From assembly GCF_006345805.1 (NCBI RefSeq), contig NC_042999.1:66278001-66342000 (forward strand): a stretch of 64,000 nucleotides of DNA. The letters run 5' to 3'. Under the pieces are notes generated by a model that saw only the letters and a list, made by a program, of their open reading frames with translations, was not told the origin of the DNA and ran no database searches. The translations under genes were made by a program, and so were the position numbers. Of this stretch, positions 1-13,620 are shown in pieces; positions within the stretch are counted from its first letter, which is position 1, and every line of letters starts with the position of its first letter. Origin of the DNA: Octopus sinensis. Lineage: Eukaryota.

Positions 1-599
1 TTTGCGTGTCGGTGAGTTTGAGCTTGTGGAGGCGTGTGATTGCATATGTTTGTGTGTATATAAATGTATGTTTGTGTACAGGAGTGTGTGAGACGGCCAA
101 TTAGTAGAATCGCTTGCGACGGATAGCTTGTTTTATGTGAATCATGACACCCCATTCCCACCGATATAATTTGCCTATCATCTTTCGGGGTCAAAAACAA
201 AATACCAGTCCTGTAGTAGATTCTGTTCGACTATTTCTTAACTATGTTCTTCTCTCTCTCTCTCTTTAGGAAGAAAATAGATGTAATTTGTCCAAGATTA
301 CTAAGGTTCCGTCTGTATGCTCCTGTCTTTCTCGCTTTCATTTTATACAGAGACACACACACTCACACCATTATGACCTCTAAAACCAGTCCCCAAAACC
401 ACTGAACCATGATAGACTAACTCAGAAACAAAAAATCCTTTTGATTCTACAATGCTCTTCCTTCCCCCTCCCCCAACCAACCTCCCACACAGTCCCTTAA
501 TATAGCAAACATTCCTTAGCTACACACAAGATAGAAAATGTGAGAAAGACAGGTCAGTTCCTCTCCAATATTTTGTAAATTCTTAAATATATCTCCTTT

Positions 600-603
<4 letters not shown>

Positions 604-652
<49 letters not shown>
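604..652. repeat. (TA)n microsatellite
   Basis: Pure TA run seen directly. Confidence 0.97.
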
Positions 653-654
<2 letters not shown>

Positions 655-959
655 TACCAAACAAACATGATTTTTATTGAACTCATAAGAGTTTTTGTTA
701 AATACTTTCTTAAATACTTTCTTGTAAACTGTTGTAATTTTTGTTTATTATCAAATAACTTATAACTTTATTTTATTACTTTTGTGATAACCAGTATGTA
801 ACACAACAAAGCTTATACAAAACTTTACATTTTACTTTTGACAATCTTTTCCTAAAAACGTTATAGTGTTCAAGTCAATAAACATCTATAATATTGTATT
901 TTCAAACATTCTTTCATATAGAGTTCCACTCGTGTGGTACCTTACAACTTTACTTTGTT

Positions 960-1001
960 TTATATATATATATATAGATATATATATATATATATATATA
1001 G

Positions 1002-1038
<37 letters not shown>

Positions 1039-1112
1039 ATTATATATATATATATATACATACATACATACATACATACATACATACATACATACATACA
1101 TACATACATACA

Positions 1113-1145
<33 letters not shown>

Positions 1146-1170
1146 TATGTGTGTGAGTGTGTGTGTGTGT
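960..1170. repeat. Compound microsatellite (TA)n-(TACA)n-(TG)n
   Basis: Seen directly; explains the spurious ORFs at 866..1156 and 934..1212. Confidence 0.97.
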
Positions 1171-2582
1171 GTTGAAATTCCTGACTCACTTCCACCAAGC
1201 TCAGAGGTGTAAAAGTGATCGTAGGTTTTGGTCTTCTATCTATGGCAATGTGGTTGATAGTAATTAAAAACGGAAATTTGCATAAACAGAATACTCTGGT
1301 GTCTTTTCTCCATATTATTGTTAAGTATACGAAGAATAACTGAGTAAAAAATTGGGACACTGTGGGAGAGATATGGAGATTGAAACAGCACTCACTTCCA
1401 ACCAATAATTATGTACACTAGGCCGTTTTACTGCTATGATATTTGAACAGACTTTACAAATATAACTTTTTCTGTTTAAAAGTCATGCCAAGTTATATCA
1501 AGAAAAGTAACCAACTAAAACGAAACAAAACTTTGAGATTTCGAAAACTCTGTCTAGGTCAGGCATATAATATAGTACACGCGGAACTGATCAGTAAAAT
1601 GGTCGCTTATTTTTCAATAAATCAATCAAAGATAACATGAAGTTAACTCAGAAATGCTTCCCCTTTTCTTTTGTATTGAATTACTTCTGAGACACAATTG
1701 TCAACTAATCCATCATAGCAACTTAATTTATTTCCTTTTCCTTCATTTCTTCTTTCCTTTATTTTACTATTTAATTGTTTTTGTTCTTGTTTTGTCTGTT
1801 CATGTGGTTGTTGTCGGTTTTGCAAAATTACCTTTCTATTTTTAGTCAGTTTCTTTATTAATTTTCTTGACGAATTTTTTTATTCCGTTTTAAAAATCTC
1901 ATTTTTTAAAATTTTCTCGCCATTCTAACGCCAGCAAGTTTTCAATCTTTTACTTTTCCCGAGAATTTCATCCTTTCTTTTCTGTCTTTGCGCCTCTCTC
2001 TCTCCCTCTCTTCCCCCTCACTTTCCTGTACTATCTCTTTCAATCGTTTTCTCTCCTATCTTTGCAACTATCTCTTCCTTTTTCTGTCAGTCTGTCAACA
2101 TCTTTTTCACCTTAAAGTTTTAAGCACGCTTTCAATAACGTTCATTTTCTACCAAGTTGTTTAATGTCATTTGTAAAATTTTATTATATATTACAAACTT
2201 TTAAATTCTACCGCCCAGAGTCAACAAGTGATCCGCTATGGGTTCGTTCATCCTATTTGAAAACTATCTAAATTTGTCTGAAATCTTATTCCCCAATTTT
2301 GAAATCGAACGAATTATAAGTTATGCCCTCTTGGTAATGTCTGAAACCGAAACCAGGAGTATCATGTCTTTGATTAAAGGTATCCTGAACGAGGAATGAC
2401 ATTCTCTGAAGAACAATTCTTGTAACAGCGGCCCACACATTCACTATTTCATATTTTGTCCGCTTACATTCACATGTTTCTACATTCTTACTAGCATGTG
2501 TTTCATTTATTCACTTCCCCTCACAGCTTACGATTTCTGTCTATCTATCTACACCTCTCTCTGTATCTCTTCATATAGATAG

Positions 2583-2624
<42 letters not shown>

Positions 2625-3019
2625 TCTAGCACGGACGTTCCTTTTGCTTCTCTTTCTATTAGTCCCATGTGTCCTTTAAATGTAGAGGAACGCAAGTTTT
2701 ATCTCTTCCTCGCATATATACAAGCATACCATGAATCCGTTGTTTCGGGACCGTTGACATATTGCTCTCTCTTGACTTTTTGATACATAACATGTGTTAA
2801 TTCATAGGAGGTCTCTTAATAGCACGTAATACCTGTTGGTAGGAAATCCACCAGTTCTATGCTACCCACCTATCGGGTTACACGACAGCTATACTGTCAC
2901 AACAGCTCAGTACCCAACGATATACTACACACCATCATCCACGTCCTTGGACTTTATGACACTTCCAATTACCCGACTAGTCGGGGCTCCTTCAGTTTTA
3001 TAGCACTAATTTCTGACAA

Positions 3020-3970
3020 CAATTGCATTTAACTTTTAACATTTCAGAAAGATGTATAAGGTTGACGGAAACGTCATCTTATGCATTTCGCTGCCCATTA
3101 CTCACATCAAAAAACTAAGTGTCCCAATGCCGAACGTAGGAGAAGCACATCAGATGACAGGGAGAAGGCAAAGCCTGAAATTCAATGAGATTGTCAGCAA
3201 TTACCCCAATCTCGGTAACATCGTCCCAACAGTGCAACTCATTTAAGACGACTACCTGTATTGCAAGTAACACCATCGTCCATCACATGAACCTCGAGAG
3301 TTTCCGCACACCAAAACTACAGCCGATACATCAGGGCCCTTGCCAAAAGATCACCATCAACTCTGGACTCTTATTTACTTTGTTTTCTGAAGAATTATGG
3401 CCGTGCAAGCACAATCCCCATGGAAAATCTATCTAACTTCTCCATACACTAGTATATAACTCCTTACTATTCACATTTCATGAATTCCTTTCAAATATGT
3501 CATATTCTTCTCCAAAAGCACACTCCCGCTCTTACTACAAGTACGAAAATACATGCAGCTGCTTAAAACAAGTCTACTGGCACTACATTCTCTCCCCTGT
3601 TGCATGCGAGCAATGCGTCCCATCTCACTCTAGGCCCAGCAGATTCTTTAATCTTTCATTCTCTACTGGAAAATACCCTGACATTTGAGAATGCCTTATT
3701 TCAAAGAAAGGCAATCTGTTCAACCCAGTTCACTATCACCTCATATCTACCACTTCTTTCATTTCCCAGATGTTGGAGAAAATTACTAACACTGATTTTC
3801 TCCTTCAACTTGAACGTATCTCCTTAGTGACGACCACTGGAGCTTCCCTTTGATTCAATTCGGCAAAAGCAATACAGTTCTAAATATCAGGAATGCCTTC
3901 GACGTTGTCTTGCATTTCAACCACCTATTCAACCTTCCCTTGAACGGGTTACATTCAAATTTCATCTAGT
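3020..3970 (+). mobile_element. Highly decayed Penelope-like element relic (RT thumb to GIY-YIG region)
   Basis: Stitching frames at about 3055-3170 gives YK-LTETSSYAF..AHYSHQKTK..SQ..R..STSDD, resembling the PLE motif YKPTDSHSYL.F.S.HP.H.K.SIPYSQ.LR.RR.CSDD. The end near 3945-3970 (NGLHSNFI*) resembles PLE endonuclease C-termini. Many stops and frameshifts. Confidence 0.45.
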
Positions 3971-5084
3971 AGATAACATCGTAATATTGAAGCACGTGAT
4001 CACAATAATCTACCTCTCCTTCTTATTTTTTCGCTCCTCCCCTTTTACTTTCTCTCAAGAGTTCGGTCCAGTATTTCCTTATATACATTAATGGCAAATT
4101 CACGCCACATCTATCAACGTCCAATATTATCCTTTTGACACGATCCTTCACTCCCCACTATACTTCTCTACATATGCATCACTCACACGTAAATTATAAA
4201 ACACTGCGTACAAAAGCCTCACAGATTTTATAACGAAAAAACCTGAAAACAACATAAAATAAGAAGCGCAAACCCTACCCTTACACGAAAAACACAGCAC
4301 CAAAACCCAATGAATTATCAGTGACACTCAGCGACAGGCCACGCCGTGGCTGCAAGTACAAAGGCTCAAAATGAGTTCTCGTGGTAAATGTACACATTAT
4401 AGATAGCTAGGAATGTAAGCAAATCACGTCGCTTTAGGATTATTAACGATTGCTGACTTTCTACAAATGTTGAGTGAGACCCACTATGGACTAGTATGCT
4501 TACATCTTGGTCCTAAATACACTGATCCTATCTCGACCATATCAGGCTCAAAAACGGCTAATTGGCATCCCGGCAGTAACTAACATATACCAGCATCAGT
4601 TTCATTATTCTTAGTCTCCAATGACCTGCAACGGTAAAGAGATCCAACCCTTTCCTCCAGTTTCAATAAGTAACAGAAACGGTATGTCTGCAGGAATAAA
4701 ACAAAATAGAATGAAAAACTGCAGAAGATTTTATGGTATGTGTAAAAGATATTATAAAGTCGTCACGTTAGGAAAATGTTATAAAATTTTGTGTATAGAG
4801 GCATTGTTTTGGGAGAAATAACTGGTTTCGCATTTTCTTTTTAAATTTCTCAAATTTCTTTGCCGATGTGTCATCTATTCGCTATGGTGTGATGTAGAAG
4901 AGTTCGAAACTGGGGGAGGTAATCAGGGATTTTTCCTTATAAGGGAGATAATCGAAAATGTTTAGGAATGATTGGGTGTTGTTAATTTAGCAAGATTTGG
5001 TTATGATAGAATAAATGTTAGAAAAGGTTAAGTTTTGGCTTACAATTTTCAGTGAGATAACTTTTCTTATTTAAAGATGCGAGA

Positions 5085-5990
5085 AGTCGATAAATTTTGG
5101 TTTATATTTTTTAATGAAGTAGGTTTCCTTATTTAGTCTAACTTGCGTTGGTGTTCCAATAGCACATTGATAAAATGGAAAGATTACGTATTGTGGTAGC
5201 AGTTGTTTTGCGCTTCTGTCAATGTCTTCACTAAATTGTATAATTCTGTATTCTGAGAATGCAATCCGCTGTTGGTGCAGAGTGCATCTGCGTCCGAGCG
5301 ATAATCCTTTGGACCTTATGTAGTTTTCGTGGCAGCCCGAGCATCTTATAACATAAATTAGGTTTTCCGAAGCACAAGTAGAGTCAGATTTGATTTTGAA
5401 TTTTTGCCCCTTTTTAAAAAGTAAGTCTGATCATTCTAGAAGATTTAGGCATGTGGCACAATTTGTTCGAACACATTATTTCACTTTTACCTCCGTTATT
5501 TTAGAAAATAATTTTGCCTTTGTGAGGATCTTTTTTTAGTGACTTCAGATGTTCGTGGCTTATAATCATCGTACCTACGTGTAAAATTTCTTTTAATTTT
5601 GGGTCCTTATGTACCATTGCTAGATTATGGGTGATAATTGTGAAAGCTTCTTTGTTTCTGAGGTTGTATGTGGATATATGCGGCAGTGTGTCAATGTGTT
5701 GAGCTTTTTTTCAGGTTTTTATGTCGATTTCAGGGTGTTTTTGTGTTCTTGCAATCTAGATTTTCTCTTATTTTTTCCGACACTATGGTGCATAACCTTC
5801 TTGCAAGGTTGATGGGGATGTTTGTTTTGGTGTATCTTGGGTAGAATGAATTAAATAGTAGATATTGTTTGGCGTCTGTTATTTTGTAAAATATTTCCAT
5901 TTCTATTTTTAAGTTTATTTTTTTAACTAATATATCCAAGAATGGGAGTTCCTTTTGGCTGTATTGCATTGTGAACTGTACGTTAGGATT
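5085..5990 (-). mobile_element. Penelope-like element relic: RT C-terminus plus GIY-YIG endonuclease
   Basis: ORF 5730..5969 reads LPFLDILV..IFYKITDAKQYLLFNSFYPRYTKTNIPINLARRLCTIVS (PLE RT thumb). Minus strand at about 5420-5090 reads STCASENLIYVIRCSGCHENYIRS..IFPFYQC..RLNKETYFIKKYKPK (GIY-YIG). Interrupted by stops and frameshifts. Confidence 0.88.
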
Positions 5991-6015
5991 GACGCTGCTA
6001 AACAGTCTTTTGTAT

Positions 6016-6061
<46 letters not shown>

Positions 6062-6419
6062 ATATATTACGAGGTTATGTACGTTTATGCAAGTTTATAT
6101 ATATGATATACATTACGAGGATATACATATATACACATATACCTGTGTTTATGCTTATGTATCCATACATAAGTACACGCGCATGAGCGGTACTGTTTCA
6201 GAAAATATACGGTAGTGAACTAATGATCCCATAAGTAGGATATAAAACACTCATATTTCTTGCTTTTAGTAAAGATGGGAAATCAATTAGCAGCAAACAT
6301 TTTTTTTTAGCTTCTTAACAATTGATAAAAATGAGATTAAATTACTGGATATATACTCGCATATACACGCATACATGCACACGCACACACATACACATAT
6401 ATGTAAACATACATACATA

Positions 6420-6426
6420 AATATAT

Positions 6427-6500
<74 letters not shown>

Positions 6501-6511
6501 TTATATATATA

Positions 6512-6577
<66 letters not shown>

Positions 6578-6585
6578 TATATTTG
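6420..6585. repeat. (TA)n/(TATG)n microsatellite
   Basis: Seen directly. Confidence 0.96.
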
Positions 6586-7283
6586 TATGTATGTGTGGAT
6601 GGATGATTGTACCTATTAACATTTTCTTTCTGTGCGTATATGTTTGTGTTTCCCTGTATGGAAAGGTACATGTATGTGCGCGTGCGAGCACGTATGAATT
6701 ACAAGATTTACTGCTTTTAAAAGACCTCCAAGATCCAGCAATGTGATATCACATCAAAAGCTTCTTTCCCAACCTCCATTTACATATCCATTATCGCTAA
6801 ATATTATTCATTTATCGATAAAAACTGGGTCAGAATCTGTATGGTATGTTTTCTATTAATATTCTAATACACGTAGTAACACTGAAATATAACTTGGGCT
6901 TATACTACATAACAAATGTGAAGTTGAAGTTCTAACATCTGAAAAAACCGTTGTGCTTTCAGAAATAGTCTCATATCGTTTCCATTCGCCTACATCACTG
7001 ATGATATAGTGCAAAATTCAAAATTAGTAAGATTATAATTTTCCTAAATTGTCTATATACAAAACTTTTATCTCATCTGTGCTCATATTTGTTCGTTTTC
7101 TGATCATCATATGTGAGATTTGACGATTTTAAAGCCAGGGATATTTACGTAGTCTTATATACGAAGCAATGTGTAGTTGCTGCATTTGGAACATACGTTG
7201 GTGGTTATTATGTGTGCGATAGAAAACTTTTTCAATAAAACGCGTTGGATGTGAATAAATCTCCACTCTTCTCTTCGCTTTCA

Positions 7284-7284
7284 A

Positions 7285-7317
<33 letters not shown>

Positions 7318-7378
7318 GTGTGTGTGTGTGTGTGTGTGTATGTATGTGTGTGTGTGTTTGTATGTGTGTAAGTGTGTG

Positions 7379-7417
<39 letters not shown>

Positions 7418-7430
7418 TATATATAACATG
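7284..7430. repeat. Compound (TA)n-(TG)n-(TA)n microsatellite
   Basis: Seen directly. Confidence 0.95.
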
Positions 7431-8299
7431 AGTACATACACACAGGCACACATCTATTTATGTACATAGACTATTATGAGTGTGTGTGTGCGTGCGTGTG
7501 TCTAATAGATATCCACTCATTAATTTATGTCCACTAATTAATAAAATGGCAAAAAGATGATATTTTATCAGTTATCGATTTGTCATCGTGGGCTCTCTCG
7601 GCAACAAAACCGGAAACAGCGCCAAATCTACCTCGTGTTGTTGAAAAATGCAAAATCGAACAGACCATAATTAACACCTGTCAAAGAATAGAGGAATACA
7701 AGCTAGTGTTAACAGCCATATAACAATTATGTGCAGGAGCTAAGAACTTTTCGATACTGATGAGAAACTTGTAGTTTTGGCTCGCTGTACGGGTTCCAAT
7801 TTTACCGAGGTAACTTTTGGTTGTTAGTTTTTATGGGACCGGCCAAAGAATGTGTTTCTTCGTGTGTATAACACTTGGTAGAAAAAGTATCGAATTTTTC
7901 GCCAGTCAAGACAGTATGTCATAAAACAAGAAGGACACCTTTTCAATAGTTTTGACTCTGAAAAATATTGAAAATGTTGCAAGACGGAACGAAAATTTTA
8001 GGACCATAAAAATAAGAAAAACGTGGAAATTTTACCGGTGTGTGTGTTACATAATAAGGCACAAAAAGAAAATGACTCTCTTCAGACACAAAAGTATATT
8101 AAAACTGTAATATCTTAAAATCGAGATCAGTCAGCAGATGTTTAGCAATCTTAGTTTCCTGCCGATCTAATATCATCTCATGAAGTTAGTGCACCATCTA
8201 TCACTTGCTTTAAAATCCTAGATTTCTTTCTAATTTGCTTATATGTGTGCATGAAATTAGAAGGAAGCATCATCAACACAATTATCGAGAATTTTCAAC

Positions 8300-8665
8300 G
8301 ACATATTGGTTCCAAATTTCGACACAGGGTCAGCAGTTCGGAGTAAGGAGTCGACGGCATTGACCACAGTGCTAAACTGGTATCCTGGTATGAATTTAAT
8401 CGACCCCGAAATAATGAAACGGAAATATGACCTTGGTGTGATTTGAAGTTATAACGTAATGTTTCTGATATATTATCTGAAAATATGAGAAAACGCATTT
8501 CTGGAATGTTTCATTCAGTGCTAAACTGGTATCCTGGTACGTACTTAACGGACCCCGAAATAATGAAACGGAAATATGACCTGGTGTGATTTGAAGTCAT
8601 AACGTAATGTTTCTGATATGTTATCTGAAAATATGAGGAAACTGTCATTTCTGGGATGTTTCATT
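8300..8665 (-). mobile_element. Decayed family-A SINE carrying a 149-bp tandem duplication
   Basis: Family-A motif aatcgaccccgaaa and the family tail are present. Unit cagtgctaaactggtatcc...gtttcatt occurs at 8367-8515 and 8516-8665. Confidence 0.75.
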
Positions 8666-11600
8666 GAAAGATCTATTCTCAAACATACCTTATTACTCGA
8701 TAAATGGAGTAACAGTTACAGTAACGTTATCCGGATAATCGACGCTATCCTCCCCGCTCAAAAAACAATCGATCCTCTGCCACTGTTAGAAGCCATCATT
8801 CTTAAGCATTCACTGCTGTTACAACAGCTATATATAAATTTGTTATCTATAATATTTACATTTCTAAGATAAAATACGTTGATATGACTTCAATTATTTT
8901 CAGATATTTTAAATGAATCTTTCAACTTTTTGCAATTTATCAACAAAAACAATTTTCATTCATATTCTTACAATCTTAATAACATAGAAAGAGATTAATT
9001 CTTTAAAGATATTTATTTAAATTTCTCATCTGCTTCCATTGTCTAGCAGTCTACCGAAAATTGATGTTTACGTATCGTTTCCTCTTTCATTTGAAGAATA
9101 ATTCAAGAATCGAACTCATAGAGTGGGTGCTGACATACAAAATTGTACAACCCAAGACATTTTTAATAAATATGTGTTATACCTGTTGTGAGGTGAAAAG
9201 ATGTTGCATGATTAATTTTGCTGAAGAAACACAGGGGAGACACAAGGAGACTTTAATGAATTACGATTAATTAAAATTAGGATACTCACGAGACGAAACC
9301 TGACAAAAATCTAGCATTTGAATGAAGCAGACTATGGGAAATGCTAACCAAACTATATCCTCTAGTCCTGATAAGTTAGAGGACCTTTTGGACAACGCAG
9401 TTGGTATAAATTATGGCGTCCTATCTTTAAATGTATAGCTTTGTACTTACCTCAGTTTTCCAAAATAGTATTCAAATTATTCATTCGGGAGTTGAGAGAA
9501 AATTGATTCATTAATTAACGCTTTCACATTGTCGGTGTTCTGCGCAGCATTCCTAACGTTATTTGCATAATAGTTAAGTATATAGGCCAAGACAGCGGAA
9601 GATCGGTTTCTTTCAGTACATTCCATAATTATGATCCCTTACCACTGGGTGGGACTGTTAAAATGAGGCGATTTGCTTGTCTAGGGTATGTTTAGTTAGT
9701 ATTGGGCACTTCAGATATGATTTAAATATGAGTTATTGCTTTCTTGATTGAAGCTGAATTATTTCACTCCACTTTGGTCACTGACTCATTTGACTAGGAA
9801 ACATTTACATAATTTATTTTCATGTTCCCTTACAATAATCACGGTAGCTTAGATGGATAGTTTTCTGCATTACCAGGTGAAGGAGAATGAGAGCGGTGGA
9901 TTACTGCTATGTAAGTCTGTTTATTGTTCCAGAACACGAAATTTGGACATACACAGTTCACTTCTATAAACAGAGGTATCAATACTGTACTGTGTTCTGT
10001 TTTTCCATAACTATGCTTTCGAGATAGCAGTATGGGTGGTCACGTCCACTTATTCTAAATACGCTGCTGTAGTTTTCAAGAATTACCGTTTCGTTTCTGG
10101 TAGCTTGAGCTCTCACATTCAATTAGTGTAAAGAAAAAATGTTGGTACCTCTTGAGAAAAGGCGTAAATATTACTGTCCTAATATAGTTCTACATAATTA
10201 ATAATCAGGTCGACCAATGTTAAAGACTATCCGGGATCTGAGTTCAGACAGTTTTTAATTTAATTTTTCAGTCAAACTATAAATTAGGTTTACATTATCT
10301 AATGTACCGTCCATATTTATAACTCCACCGAAAGGTTAGGGTTCAAAAATACTTGGCTGCTATTTCTAGCATATTGAGTAAATACATAGAAGCACCCTAT
10401 TCGTTGAAAGAACAAAATGTGCTTCCATTCACTTCCTCCATGTTTATTAGGAATCTTTACTTTAATGGATTTATCTTTTTAAATAATTAAATAAGATTTT
10501 CAGTGAAATCGGAGACACGCAGTTTATTGAAATGAAAACAAAGTATTTGTAGAATCTGGAATTTAATTAAACGTTGATGTTTAAGGATTTCTTCATTAAT
10601 CATCTGACGTATTATTGAAATTCATTTCACGTAAATGTGTGCACACATTAGCGGAGATACTTCATGTGAACGCTTTTTGCCTTCCAGTCCTAATAATATT
10701 TACATATAGAAATAAAGCTTTTGAAAGATACTTCTGGTCAGAAATTTACGTAAAGCTTGACCTCTAAACGAATCAATGATATTTGTTCATTGTCACGAAA
10801 AAAAAAAAAAACTAACAATTCTGTTTATTCATTGACTTGGACTGATCTTATTCTAACCGACCCTGAAATGAGAGACGTAGTTGACCTTTGGACGATTGGA
10901 GTCAGAATAGAAAGTCAGAATGAATACCTCTAAGTATGTTGTTATTCGCTTTAATGAATCTGTTATTTCCCTGTTTCATTATCAGTCATTGTTTCTCTCT
11001 TTTTTAGTAAGGAAAGTAATTTATTATCCGATAGGAATCCAATACGGAACAAATCATCTTTTTTCATTTATCCAGCTCTAACGGACGCAAATACTTTCGG
11101 AGACTGGTTCCTCTTAAATAGATGTGTTCTCCATGAGAAGAAAATTCTTATTTGTAAGATGGCTAGAACGAGTTATTTACTACAGCATTAACTCTTGCGT
11201 TTTGCTGTGTATTTACAGTCTTCCAATTGTTGCAAGAACACCGAACAACGTCATATTTTACAAATAACAAAGCTTTTATTAGCATTTTCAAAATTCATCT
11301 CTGCCTTTCCTTGGTTGTTTTGCTCATCGTTATATGATACTGTTAGGAATAGTAGCACCACGTGGATGGTGCAAAAATTCCAGCGAAGCCATGAGAAACA
11401 CGCTGGAGTGCGACTCTAATAGCTGGTGTATAACATCTAACTAGTGAGTCCACATAACTACTTCATGAAACCCGATCTGAAGAAATCCCTTCTGTAGGTC
11501 ACATCCAGTGCGTGCTACATATTCAGTCTTATCGACAAGTTTCTAGGTTTCTCTTTCCTCTAACGGGAATAACATTAGAACGTCTTAGTAATACTTGTAA

Positions 11601-12299
11601 ACATAAAAGACAAAAGCTATACATGGTCACTACGCCAAAAAGGTCCAGCTATCAAATTTAGTTCAGCTAATGAGAGGTCATTTATGTGACCACTATATTT
11701 GTTCTAAAAAGAACCTAAATCTCTCTCAGTCCACACCGTATTGTCTTAAAAGGCGACACATCAGATAATGAAGTTTGGAATACGTTAATGCTGAAAAAAT
11801 GTGGGAGCCGAGTCCTCAATACCTATAGTTAAATGTTGCTCAGCTGGGGTTGGCGTTGTATCAAGCAACACCAACAATACTGACAAAATATATACCTCGA
11901 GGTGAAGGTAAATAATTTGTGAAATTGGAGTAGAAATCTAAATGAAGATTTCTTTACAAAACTGTATTCTTGATTGTTTGTGTAATTGAAAATGTTGTCA
12001 CATTGCGTGCTTTTATTCTTCACTGTTTTGCTATAAATTAAGTTACTTGCCTCAATATAGTGGAAGCTAAATTGATGATTTTTCAGTTATCACTTACTTT
12101 TCTGAACAGTAAATTAAAATTCCTCCGGGCACCGTATCTTAATTAAAATTACTTCTAATTAATGATATACAACACATATATTAATTAACGTTAGCTTTAA
12201 CAGACATATAAAGAAATGTTTGTCTTTTTTCTTTTCTTACACAGGTAGAATTCATGAAATTTCTCTTTGTTTTGTGCATTAACACACACATTAAGAATC

Positions 12300-12315
12300 A
12301 CACATACACAGAATC

Positions 12316-12368
<53 letters not shown>

Positions 12369-12437
12369 GATATACAGATAATAAATGCGTATGTACATAT
12401 ATATGTATGCATGTATAAGCATGTATTTGTGCCTGTG

Positions 12438-12468
<31 letters not shown>

Positions 12469-12650
12469 GTATGTATATATGTATTTTCATATATAAAATG
12501 TATGTGTATATATATGTATGTTTATATGCATTTTTATATATAAAATGTATGTGTGTGTATATATATATATATATATAAATAAATAGCTACTTACATACAT
12601 ACATAAGCATATATATATATATATATATATAATATATATATATATATTAT
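12300..12650. repeat. Compound (CA)n/(TA)n/(TATG)n microsatellite block
   Basis: Seen directly. Confidence 0.95.
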
Positions 12651-12790
12651 ATAAAAGGGCTTAGTAAAATAAATTACTTTGCCGCATACTGAACTCATTA
12701 GAAATAGCAGCTAAAAAACTTTTTTAAGGCTATTTCTAATACTTAAAGAAAATCTCTCTCATATATAGTGTTTGCTTAATTCAACTCACA

Positions 12791-12842
<52 letters not shown>

Positions 12843-12982
12843 TACGGAGATGTACTCGCATAGCAAGTAATTTGATCTGAGATCGTGTGCTGAAACGAAA
12901 ACAATTGCAGCGTGGCAGGTGTTTATAAGCCATTTAAGAAACACACAAAAGCCGTTCGATTCACTCCAACATTTAAGTTTAA

Positions 12983-13032
12983 TTTATCAAAATATTTTCG
13001 TCGCTAAAATCCGCGACCTGTTCACTGACAAA
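12983..13032 (-). ncRNA. Candidate minimal type I hammerhead ribozyme with G3:C8 core swap
   Basis: Minus strand reads UUUGUCA GUGAACA G GUCGC ggauuuua GCGAC GAA AAUAUU U UGAUAAA. That gives a 7-bp stem I (one GU), core GUGAACA, a 5-bp stem II, GAAA, a palindromic AAUAUU stem III and a UUU cleavage triplet. Confidence 0.62.
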
Positions 13033-13069
13033 GTCCGTGCTGCATCTAAGAAAGTAACAGTTAGTTCGT

Positions 13070-13173
13070 CATATATATGTACGTATGTATGTGTGTATGT
13101 ATGCATACATGTGTGTATGTATGTACGTATGCATGTACGCACATACGCCTGTGTATGCATGTATGTATGTATG

Positions 13174-13204
<31 letters not shown>

Positions 13205-13230
13205 ATATGTATGTGTGTGTGTATACATAC
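13070..13230. repeat. (TATG)n microsatellite
   Basis: Seen directly. Confidence 0.95.
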
Positions 13231-13429
13231 ACTCTATAAAACATAAAGTTATAAACCTGTAGCGATGGATGGATGTAGAGTGACCACTCATCACAACGCT
13301 ATCAAATTTCAACTCCCTACGGCCGAGGCTAGAAAGTGAATTTATGACGCTTGCTCACAAGAACTATACCCTAAAATCTATTATCAGATTTTTATCTCTA
13401 TATCACAGAACTAATGTTTTACTATTGTT

Positions 13430-13455
13430 CGTATGTATGTATGTATGTGCGTATG

Positions 13456-13526
<71 letters not shown>

Positions 13527-13538
13527 TATGTATATATA

Positions 13539-13611
<73 letters not shown>

Positions 13612-13620
13612 ATACACACA
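13430..13620. repeat. (TATG)n-(TA)n microsatellite
   Basis: Seen directly. Confidence 0.96.

Noticed and set aside
271-306. Possible 36-nt exon (EENRCNLSKITK) after a (CT)n tract
   Set aside because: Donor gttccg is poor and the pyrimidine tract is a microsatellite.
4815-4880. Hammerhead-like pieces (AGAUGA...GAAAC-CA-GUU) on the minus strand downstream of the PLE at 5085-5990
   Set aside because: The core is one base short or mismatched and no convincing stem II forms. Worth rechecking against the family consensus.
7750-7800. ctgatgagaaac as a possible HHR core, or a piggyBac-like TDEKLVV motif
   Set aside because: There is no room for stem II and no supporting transposase motifs nearby.
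9445-9630. Minus-strand 49-codon ORF near a perfect GAG|GTAAGT donor
   Set aside because: The frame stops before the donor, and there is no acceptor or recognisable homology.
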